Below are positions 1 through 7,174 of a stretch of DNA of 64,000 bases, in pieces (position 1 is the first letter of the stretch; every line of letters begins with the position of its first letter). Where the stretch lies: contig OZ076413.1 in assembly GCA_964187785.1 (NCBI GenBank), positions 41,852,001 through 41,916,000 of the forward strand. The letters are read 5' to 3'. Origin of the DNA: Amphiscolops sp. MND2022 (lineage: Eukaryota). The notes beneath the pieces are model-generated. The model worked only from the letters and a program-made list of their open reading frames with translations, was not told the DNA's origin and ran no database searches. A program made the translations under genes and the position numbers.

Positions 1-199
1 GTGGGGATGCTAAAAGTTTATCAACCAATGAATCTGCCTTGGCAAACAACTTTTTGTTTATATCCTTTTTCAGCGAATCAACTTGGGACGTAGGAGTTTG
101 TTGAGGTTGATATTTGGGTAGGTCCACTTTTAACGTCGTGGACTTTGTTGTGTTTAGCTTGTTGAGAAGTGAAGCAGGTACAAGAACAAACTGTTCCAT
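1..199 (-). CDS. 5' part of a Maverick hypothetical protein (MEQFVLVPASLLNK...), runs off the window
   Basis: ATG at 199, directly after the stop of the upstream ORF; open to position 1. The M..F.LVP start resembles conserved Maverick ORFs. Confidence 0.6.
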   Translation of the reverse strand, partial: MEQFVLVPASLLNKLNTTKSTTLKVDLPKYQPQQTPTSQVDSLKKDINKKLFAKADSLVDKLLASP

Positions 200-200
200 A

Positions 201-503
201 TCAAGACAAGTGATTAATGACAAATGGGGTAATGGTATCAACCAGTTGTAAACCTCTCTCTGACGTCAAGAGATCTCGTCTCTGCTTCCAATTAGTTCGC
301 TTTAAAGAGAGTAAGTGCAACTCTCGTTTATATTTGATAACGTGATGTCTCTTTACGTTTTGCAAGTTTCCTTTGAGTATGTTTACTATGCACTCGCTTA
401 GAAACCGAATAAATTCTTTTGGACACGATTGGAGAAATTGAATTTTGCACTTGCGGGAAAATGATTGGAACGCGTGGAGAATAGAGAGATTTTGTGTGCT
501 CAT
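201..503 (-). CDS. Small basic conserved Maverick protein (ECxxNILKGN motif), possible virion core protein
   Basis: 100-aa ORF with FLSECIVNILKGN...KYKRELHLLS...KQRRDLL...G, a pattern typical of the small gene next to the Maverick ATPase. Confidence 0.7.
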   Translation of the reverse strand: MSTQNLSILHAFQSFSRKCKIQFLQSCPKEFIRFLSECIVNILKGNLQNVKRHHVIKYKRELHLLSLKRTNWKQRRDLLTSERGLQLVDTITPFVINHLS

Positions 504-1158
504 CGTCCAAAATTGTCAAATGCTTCAAACTCTCTGGCACGTAAAATTTTGATGGAGTCTTTCCACTGTTTGTGCAGTAACGTAATCTATCGTCTGTTCG
601 CGGCGATAAATCAATGAGCAAATGACCAAAAGGAACAGACGTTGCATCTCTGTACCAATCCACGAGGGAGGAACCTAGTCCTAGTTGAATACTAAGTGTA
701 TTTATTTGCATAACATCCCGGGGCGATTTGAACAATGCAATGTGTGTAGTTTGTAGCTCTATATCGCGTCCGAGCGTGCTCTTGTGGAACAAGTTGTGTT
801 TAATGTATATAGTACTAAGTCCACGGTGTCTTCCAGCAGTAGCAATTTTGACAAATTCTTTAGAACTGCACACTTCCTCACAAGAATCGTCAAAAATGAG
901 GAGATACTTTGTTCCGTTGTTTTTCAATGAATCAATCAACTCAAAATTCACTCCCTTGACAAACTCGATGCAATCAATTTCTTTTTGCATCTTGTCGTAT
1001 AGTGATTGATAATATTGGTAAAAGAAATAAATCTTGTCAAATTTGGGTTGAAATGTTCCATTAGTTAACCATTCGTAAATCAACTGAGTTTTACCAGATT
1101 CACTAGGTCCAACCATGGACATAAAGACACGGTTTTTGGTGGAAATTAACTTGTTCAT
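328..1158 (-). CDS. A32/FtsK-like genome-packaging ATPase
   Basis: Walker A GPSESGKT, Walker B LLIFDD, A32 motif ATAGRHRGLSTIYIKHNLF. Confidence 0.92.
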   Translation of the reverse strand: MNKLISTKNRVFMSMVGPSESGKTQLIYEWLTNGTFQPKFDKIYFFYQYYQSLYDKMQKEIDCIEFVKGVNFELIDSLKNNGTKYLLIFDDSCEEVCSSKEFVKIATAGRHRGLSTIYIKHNLFHKSTLGRDIELQTTHIALFKSPRDVMQINTLSIQLGLGSSLVDWYRDATSVPFGHLLIDLSPRTDDRLRYCTNSGKTPSKFYVPESLKHLTILDDEHTKSLYSPRVPIIFPQVQNSISPIVSKRIYSVSKRVHSKHTQRKLAKRKETSRYQI

Positions 1159-1409
1159 AGTCTCGGGGTTGGAACAATGACTCCTGCAGCGCTACATAAA
1201 ATTCCAACCCACACTGTAGATTCTTCACAACTTGTTGCCAAATGAATTCTCCAAAAGCTCCCCAAAATTATCAACAAAATGATAAAAAATTGGGACAAGA
1301 ACACAATTAATGATCTAGAGCAAGTTTGTCCCACGCACGTCCACGATTTTCGTTCACTGTTATTTCCGTCAAAAACAATTTTTTCCAAGTTCAAGTTGGT
1401 CTCAGTCAT
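1155..1409 (-). CDS. Small two-TM membrane protein adjacent to the ATPase
   Basis: 84 aa with two hydrophobic helices and a C-terminal GxxxPxP. Its stop overlaps the ATPase ATG (ATGA). Confidence 0.75.
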   Translation of the reverse strand: MTETNLNLEKIVFDGNNSERKSWTCVGQTCSRSLIVFLSQFFIILLIILGSFWRIHLATSCEESTVWVGILCSAAGVIVPTPRL

Positions 1410-1523
1410 CTAGCTTGCTAGCGTGAGTGTATATTCAAGAATGAATCTCCTGTGGAAAAAAAATTTGGTTGAACAAAAAATTTAAATTAGTATGAATGAG
1501 TAATACAAAGACGTACAATAAAT

Positions 1524-1976
1524 TTACAAATTGAAATGTTGCACAGCCCATTCTCCAAACGCTTTTGCTTTCCGCTCAGCACAGTGTAGAATTGTCTTGT
1601 GTCTGTAGGGATAGCTAGTGCACAGCCAGTCAGTGTTTAAATGTTGAATCTTGGGGCAACCATAGTCATCCAAGTTTTCCACTTCCTTACCCAGTAATGT
1701 GCTCAAAACTTTACACTTTTCCAATCCTTTTGCAAAGTACTCGGCTCTGTATTGTCGCAATTCAGCCAACATGGTGTTGATACGGCTATAGTCCAGTGAG
1801 CCACTTTTCCAATCAATTTTGTGCAAGTTTTGGGTACACCAGAGTGTTTGATGTGTTGGTTGATAATTTTTGGGCGGTTTAAAGGAATATCCAAACACTT
1901 GTCCGTCAATATAAACACCCAATTCCTTGACTACATTCTTTTCCGCAAGTTCAATATCCAACACTATAAGCGACAT
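1524..1976 (-). CDS. DEDD-type 3'-5' exonuclease-like protein
   Basis: Likely ATG at 1976 (MSLIVLDIE). Exo I-like LDIE..KELG, W..G..DY, AKGLEK and C-terminal HCA motifs. Confidence 0.7.
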   Translation of the reverse strand: MSLIVLDIELAEKNVVKELGVYIDGQVFGYSFKPPKNYQPTHQTLWCTQNLHKIDWKSGSLDYSRINTMLAELRQYRAEYFAKGLEKCKVLSTLLGKEVENLDDYGCPKIQHLNTDWLCTSYPYRHKTILHCAERKAKAFGEWAVQHFNL

Positions 1977-1978
1977 GA

Positions 1979-2404
1979 CTAAAAGGCTACCAAATTGAAA
2001 ATGGAGGGAACAAACAATTTCAAGTAGAGACAATACAAAAGTCCAGTCACGTGACCCAATAAACACGAGTTTGGACCTCGACCAATCATATAACAGTATC
2101 CTGGACCTTTGCCGTTGTGTAAATAAACAGCGCCGGCAGCGTCATGTAGTATTGCATGTAGTCTAAACACTTTGGAAAAACGGAAAATTTTGTCCAAGTG
2201 AGAGTCTCCATAACCAATCAATCCTCCATATAGAAATTCTTGGTCCATTTCGTGGAGTGAAATGTTCTCGTCCAAGCAATGACATACACAAAGAAACAAA
2301 TTTTTACGTACAGTATTCTTTGTAAAGCGAATTTTCAATCCAGAGTAAAAGCGAAATACGTTGACTAGAAACAGTACGTCCATTTCGGGTAAGAAACAAC
2401 TCAA
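1979..2404 (-). CDS. Divergent parvovirus-type phospholipase A2-like (PLA2X-like) protein
   Basis: GGLIGYG (Ca-loop-like)...LD...AILHDAAG (HD dyad). PLA2-like genes are described in adintoviruses/Mavericks. Confidence 0.55.
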   Translation of the reverse strand: MSCFLPEMDVLFLVNVFRFYSGLKIRFTKNTVRKNLFLCVCHCLDENISLHEMDQEFLYGGLIGYGDSHLDKIFRFSKVFRLHAILHDAAGAVYLHNGKGPGYCYMIGRGPNSCLLGHVTGLLYCLYLKLFVPSIFNLVAF

Positions 2405-2814
2405 TTATGAATTGTGGATTCATCCAATACGATGCATCGCTTATAGAATGTATCCAAGTAGCTTAAAAGATACAATCGTTTAGCAAGTAGTGTCTTGTAC
2501 TCTGTTAGCTTTAATTCAATTTCAGTATCCTTGAGGTACGTATTATTGCGATAACGATACACTACAATGTCTACTTTGTCTGTATCAGTTTGAAATCCTA
2601 CGCAAATTTTACGTCTACCATTGTAAATTGTCCATTTAAGGCAAGAAATTTCGTCCTCGCGTTGTTCGAGCTCTGGTAATTGTTGCAATTCGGCTATTGT
2701 TAGAGTAATTTTTGTGGGAGATGATTTTGGTGTTGTAAGGACAACATGATAAAGTCCCAATTTTGTTTTTAATCTGAGAAACAAGTTTCTATTTTCCCCA
2801 ATGTTCCAACTCAT
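2401..2814 (-). CDS. Hypothetical protein, PC4/Pur-like strand-then-helix pattern
   Basis: 137 aa; KICVGF..KVDIVVY..EIELKLTEYKTLL; its stop overlaps the next ATG. Confidence 0.6.
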   Translation of the reverse strand: MSWNIGENRNLFLRLKTKLGLYHVVLTTPKSSPTKITLTIAELQQLPELEQREDEISCLKWTIYNGRRKICVGFQTDTDKVDIVVYRYRNNTYLKDTEIELKLTEYKTLLAKRLYLLSYLDTFYKRCIVLDESTIHN

Positions 2815-2869
2815 TCTTACTAGGTTGAATGAAAAATGAAAGTTGTATGAAAAAGAATTTGCAATTTAT

Positions 2870-3541
2870 TCAAACAATATTACAAAGTGGTTTGTTATCA
2901 AGTACTTGATCACAAACAGAATTCATTACATCTAGTAAATATATAAATTCATCAATTTTATAGTTCACATGGACAAGTTGTTGAAAATTTTCTTCCTCCG
3001 TCCTGTGTGTAAAGAGTCGTATCTGCGCGTAGGATGTTTCGGGATTGTCCTCTTTGTAGCGCAGCAATGTAACGCACACTTTGCGCTTGGCTCCCTCTGC
3101 AATCTCAATCACTTTGTGAACGTGCTTTAGTTGTTCGTCAATGTCTCTTGACAGCCCAACAACATTGATGTAAGGCAAATTTTCCTCCTTTGTAAAGTTG
3201 TCGGCAGCAACAATCAACTGATTCCGCAACCTCAAGAACTGCTTAAAGTCGTATTGTCCCAGCGAAACACATTGATATCGCTTGAATTCGTTGGCAATGT
3301 CTTTTTTAAAGACTTTAAATTGCACCTCCAAGTAATTCTTTTCATTTTTGGACCATGAAAATCGTCCAAATTGGTCTTGGTGCTTGCCAAAGTCCACAAA
3401 GTCGGTGCAAAGTGATTTGTCCAAAGTTGCATTCATTGCAGATTCCATTTCGCGGCTGGTTCTTGTCAAGAGTAAGTTCTGGGTGAGAAGGGGTTGATCG
3501 TAGTAATCGTCGAGGTTGTCGTTGGGTTCTGGAACAGGCAA
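2870..3541 (-). CDS. Hypothetical protein with two PC4/Pur-like repeats (start uncertain: TTG 3541 or ATG 3448)
   Basis: Long ORF with two units of beta strands plus 'VSLGQYDFKQFL' / 'VNYKIDEFIYLL' helices. Confidence 0.65.
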   Translation of the reverse strand: MPVPEPNDNLDDYYDQPLLTQNLLLTRTSREMESAMNATLDKSLCTDFVDFGKHQDQFGRFSWSKNEKNYLEVQFKVFKKDIANEFKRYQCVSLGQYDFKQFLRLRNQLIVAADNFTKEENLPYINVVGLSRDIDEQLKHVHKVIEIAEGAKRKVCVTLLRYKEDNPETSYAQIRLFTHRTEEENFQQLVHVNYKIDEFIYLLDVMNSVCDQVLDNKPLCNIV

Positions 3542-3593
3542 CTTTGTTTAGCGATTCAGAATGAAATTATGATTGGAAATGAAAATGTACTTG

Positions 3594-3784
3594 CTTTTAT
3601 ACTACTTTGGTCACGTGACTGTTCCATATTTGGAAATGTTTACGCCTCGTTTTCCATAAAAGGAAGACATTTCCTTTTAAGGTAATGTTTGTGCGCTGTC
3701 ATTCAAAATTTGTATGTCATCCTTCCTTTTTAGGTATTGATTGCATTTCCTTTTATGGAAATCACGTGACTATTCCTTTTAAGG
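3594..3784. promoter_or_regulatory. Divergent promoter: TATAAAAG (minus strand), two CACGTG E-boxes and six perfect CArG boxes
   Basis: CC(A/T)6GG at 3624, 3654, 3673, 3725, 3749, 3775; GTCACGTGAC 3610-3619; TCACGTGAC 3762-3770; minus-strand TATAAAAG 3594-3601. Confidence 0.75.
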
Positions 3785-3837
3785 TAACAATTCCATCTTT
3801 TCAGATTCATTTTGTTCAACAAAAACACAACGTTCAG

Positions 3838-4437
3838 ATGGCTGCTGTAATGATGCAAGTTGTTCCAAGTTTTTACTCTGTATACTCTACAAAGAGTGTA
3901 CACATTTGTGCAAACACATATGAAAAGTATCTTGTCAGCAAAGACTATTGTGTTGCACAACACGAAGATTCCATGTGTACTGTTCCCAATTGTAAATATC
4001 ACATTTTGCTCATTGCAGAGAAGGATATCAATGTCTTGATGGAAAAATTGGACACTTTTTGTTTTACATATCAGTTGGTCGACTGCCTTTACACATTATT
4101 CAAGTATCGCTTTCATGGAAAGATTGTTACCAAAAATGGACAAGTGTTTGACAATATTGAACGAGCTGTACGATTCAATCAACGCCACAAGACGATTGAA
4201 AGGATGCCGAGTATAGCAAAAAAGAGATTGTTGCGTAAAAAATACAAGAGACATTTACTGAGTTCGTTGCAAAAGACAATTTCAACACAGACGAGTGGAT
4301 CAGTATTTGCAGACAGGATTGAACAAGTTAAAAAGACAAAATTTGAAGTAGAACTAATAAAAATTGTAGATTGTTTTTTAGATGGTTACGGTAATTATGA
4401 TAGTAATTTAGTATCTTTTAAAATTAAATCTTTGTAA
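3838..4437 (+). CDS. Hypothetical protein with a Cys/His-containing N-half and a basic NLS-like stretch
   Basis: The frame is open from 3685, but 3685-3837 overlaps the CArG cluster, so ATG 3838 (MAAVMMQ) is preferred. KKRLLRKKYKRH basic patch. Confidence 0.6.
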   Translation: MAAVMMQVVPSFYSVYSTKSVHICANTYEKYLVSKDYCVAQHEDSMCTVPNCKYHILLIAEKDINVLMEKLDTFCFTYQLVDCLYTLFKYRFHGKIVTKNGQVFDNIERAVRFNQRHKTIERMPSIAKKRLLRKKYKRHLLSSLQKTISTQTSGSVFADRIEQVKKTKFEVELIKIVDCFLDGYGNYDSNLVSFKIKSL

Positions 4438-4438
4438 A

Positions 4439-4621
4439 CTAACCGCTGTTTTCTTCAACGAAATGAGACTTGTAGAGGTCAATAGGAAGTCTCAACATGA
4501 CAATAAATAGACCAATGAGAGCAGCAATTGCAGCAACGTCTAGTAGGAACAACAAGAATGCTCCAATAGTATAAATCGTCCACTTTACTAAGTCACAAAA
4601 GTCGTCGGAACACTTGCTCAT
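4439..4621 (-). CDS. Small hydrophobic membrane protein (60 aa)
   Basis: AAAATG start context, ~30-residue hydrophobic segment with one internal Asp, converges exactly on the 4437 stop. Confidence 0.6.
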   Translation of the reverse strand: MSKCSDDFCDLVKWTIYTIGAFLLFLLDVAAIAALIGLFIVMLRLPIDLYKSHFVEENSG

Positions 4622-4654
4622 TTTTGACTGAAATTAAAATGCACACTTTTACAA

Positions 4655-5070
4655 GTAAAATTTTACAACGTGTCTTATTTTTTTGGAAAAATTTTACAAC
4701 GTGTCGTATTTTTTTGGGAAAATTTTACAACGTGTTTCGTTTTACACGAGATGAAAAAATTAAAAAGACTGATTTCGAAGGCGTTTTTATTTTTAAAAAG
4801 ACAAGTTTTTACCCATTTTACTCCGTAAAAACGACAAATTTTGCACTTGCGATACAGTTTTAAAAAGACTGATTTTGAAGCAAAAATTTTTACCTCTTGT
4901 CTGATTTTAAAGTAGAATTTTTACAACGTGTCGTATTTTTTTGGGAAAATTTTACAACGTGTCGTATTTTTTTAGGAAAATTTTACAACGTGTCGTATTT
5001 TTTTGGGAAAATTTTACAACGCGTCTGATTTTAACTTGAAATTTTTGCAACGTGTCAGATTTTAATTGAG
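4655..5070. repeat. Internal 31-bp minisatellite (AAAATTTTACAACGTGTCGTATTTTTTTGGG) in two blocks
   Basis: About 3 copies at 4655-4740 and about 5 copies at 4915-5070. Confidence 0.85.
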
Positions 5071-5096
5071 AAATGTTTTGCACAAGACTAACATTC

Positions 5097-5345
5097 CTAA
5101 TACCACCACAAGAACCTATCACAGCGTTTCCCTCCGTAAAGTGGCGGACAAAGGCAACCTATAATGTTTTCCTCCACACGACTAAAACATTCTCCTTCGT
5201 TCATACAATAGTCTTTGTACTCTTCAATGCAGGGATCGGGATTTCGTCCCATTTTTTCTGTAGTCCTTACTGTATATATAAACAAGCTAGTAGTTATGAC
5301 AATAAAAAACGCTCCTACTAATACTTTTGCTAGAGTCTCACTCAT
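5097..5345 (-). CDS. Viral EGF-like growth factor (N-terminal signal/anchor plus a single EGF domain)
   Basis: C-X7-C-X5-C-X10-C-X-C-X8-C with Y before C2, G in loop 2 and YxGxRC; hydrophobic residues 8-25; intronless. Confidence 0.88.
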   Translation of the reverse strand: MSETLAKVLVGAFFIVITTSLFIYTVRTTEKMGRNPDPCIEEYKDYCMNEGECFSRVEENIIGCLCPPLYGGKRCDRFLWWY

Positions 5346-5411
5346 AACGACTGATTTGAAAAAGAAATTGTGAATAATAAAAATTCAATTTAATACACAC
5401 AATAAATACAA

Positions 5412-5990
5412 TTATTCAAACAAACTACGATACAGAGAGTTTGGTATATTTTCCAGTCGTGTCCCAAATGGACGGCTCAGGGATCTATGCAGTGGTGGTG
5501 GTTGCAGGGGTCTCTGCGACTCGGGTGTTGTGGGGTACTCGTTCTCTTTATCTTGTTCATCGTCAATCTCTATGGGGTTGTCTGCGCTTCCAGCAACAGG
5601 AATGTTTTCAAACAGTGACGGAGAGAAGGGAGTATCAATGCCTGGTCGATACACAGCATCCATGTCTATGTTCGGATTCTCCCAATGGAACTGAATATCA
5701 TCCAAGTCACTGGGAACGAAATCGCTGCTTACTTCGTGGTCACCAACGCTGGCCCGGACCTCGTCTTGCATCTCCCACGTGCCTTGCTGATTGGGAGTTA
5801 TGGGGACGCGAGCTAAATGGTTGTCCAGAAACTGTTGTCTTTGATTTATCAAAGAGTTGAAGGCTGCGATTGGAAGTTCCAAGGAGGAAATTGTCAAGTC
5901 TTGGACCATATCTTTCACTATGATTGTGACAGAGTCCGGTGAAAAGTCCAGAGTCCACTGGGTTCCGTTGTTGGAGACTGAGAAGAACAT
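5412..5990 (-). CDS. Hypothetical protein: folded N-terminus plus an acidic disordered tail with SIM-like and KEN-box motifs
   Basis: 192 aa; PIEIDDE, DKENEYP, TP/SP sites. Confidence 0.7.
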   Translation of the reverse strand: MFFSVSNNGTQWTLDFSPDSVTIIVKDMVQDLTISSLELPIAAFNSLINQRQQFLDNHLARVPITPNQQGTWEMQDEVRASVGDHEVSSDFVPSDLDDIQFHWENPNIDMDAVYRPGIDTPFSPSLFENIPVAGSADNPIEIDDEQDKENEYPTTPESQRPLQPPPLHRSLSRPFGTRLENIPNSLYRSLFE

Positions 5991-6133
5991 TGTTGTTGTT
6001 GTTGTTGTAGAGCGTGTTGATTGTAGAGCGTGTTGATTGTAGTGAGTTTTGAAATGAAATGAATTCTAGTTGCTTGAAAAATGACTTTGTAAGGATATTG
6101 AACAGCCAATAGGAATTTGACACGATCATTTCC

Positions 6134-6499
6134 CTACATGGACTTGATCTTTTTTGCTGGAGGTTCTTCTGTGCGTTGATTGGTTGGTTTTTTTCTAAGG
6201 AATTGTCGTAGGAATTCCATTCCTTTGTCGTTTCCGACTCGTTCTTTTTGTTCTCGCTCGTAATCCCTTGTCGTCTTGGTTCTGAATGAATGTATACCAG
6301 CATCTTTTAGGATTGCCTGCTGCGTTTGATCCTTAAAAGGAATACCCTGCACAAGACAATCAGCGTCACACTTTGGACAACTGTAATGATAATGTTCTTC
6401 AGAATCCTCCTTGCAGTAATGTTCGAATATGCATTTTTGTAGCTCACATTCAGGGCAGTAAACGTTCCCGATTGTATTTATAACTGCGTTGAGCTCCAT
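6134..6499 (-). CDS. Zn-ribbon protein with a C-terminal NLS
   Basis: CPEC...CPKC; PPAKKIK; its ATG overlaps the upstream stop (TAATG). Confidence 0.7.
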   Translation of the reverse strand: MELNAVINTIGNVYCPECELQKCIFEHYCKEDSEEHYHYSCPKCDADCLVQGIPFKDQTQQAILKDAGIHSFRTKTTRDYEREQKERVGNDKGMEFLRQFLRKKPTNQRTEEPPAKKIKSM

Positions 6500-7125
6500 T
6501 AGACGTCGTAGTTGCTTTCAATGATTCCGCTCTTGCTCGATATAAAGTAGCGGTCCTTATACAGTTCGTACAGTTCGTTGTGACTGAGGTTGACAATTTC
6601 TGTCAATACAAACTGATTTCCCCTATATAGAAACTTTTTCAATGAAAAACAACAATTCTTGTCTTTTTCAAAGCGGAAAGACAAACGCAAATGACGATCA
6701 GTATGCTCTTTTATATCTAGATAATAGTGTGACAAGAGTTCGTCCTTCCACAGCGTAAAGCCAATCTCTTGTAATGGTTTCGGTAGGGTATAAAGAGTTG
6801 CCTTTCGTGCGTGGTCGTACTGTTTTAAAAAGTGACGCAGTCTGTTGAGGGTCGCAGCGAGCTCTTTTTTGGTGATGGAAATTTCCTCGTCAAGGAAAAA
6901 GCGTTGTTGAGCTTTCAAGTCGCAAAATTTAAAGACTTTGATTGCAAATAAATTTTTATTGGACCCCTTGCTGACTCGTACGAGACGATTGTCCGTCTTT
7001 GTAATGTCCAATATGTTGCGATAAAAGTACGAATCAATGTCAGCTTCGTCCAAAGTTTGTTCTGGAACGTCTTCGTAAATTGAATACAGCAAAGATAGAG
7101 ATGGAAGTTGATGTTTAACAGACAT
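6499..7125 (-). CDS. Hypothetical protein with two PC4/Pur-like repeats
   Basis: Likely ATG at 7125 (MSVKHQL); units RLVRVS..FAIKVF..EISITKKEL and HLRLSF..FSLKKF..IVNLSHNEL. Confidence 0.65.
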   Translation of the reverse strand: MSVKHQLPSLSLLYSIYEDVPEQTLDEADIDSYFYRNILDITKTDNRLVRVSKGSNKNLFAIKVFKFCDLKAQQRFFLDEEISITKKELAATLNRLRHFLKQYDHARKATLYTLPKPLQEIGFTLWKDELLSHYYLDIKEHTDRHLRLSFRFEKDKNCCFSLKKFLYRGNQFVLTEIVNLSHNELYELYKDRYFISSKSGIIESNYDV

Positions 7126-7174
7126 GAACTGCTCTAAAAGAAAGTTTAAATTAAAATGAATAATGAAATTTAGT

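Noticed and set aside
3685..3837. N-terminal extension of the 250-aa ORF
   Set aside because: Overlaps the CArG/E-box cluster and has no protein-like features; ATG 3838 preferred
4655..5070. CRISPR-like array
   Set aside because: Units are directly abutting with no unique spacers, no cas genes, eukaryotic context
5441..6303. Alternative-frame ORFs (139, 187 and 63 aa) overlapping the accessory genes
   Set aside because: Shadows of the better-supported 5412-5990 and 6134-6499 ORFs; no recognisable motifs
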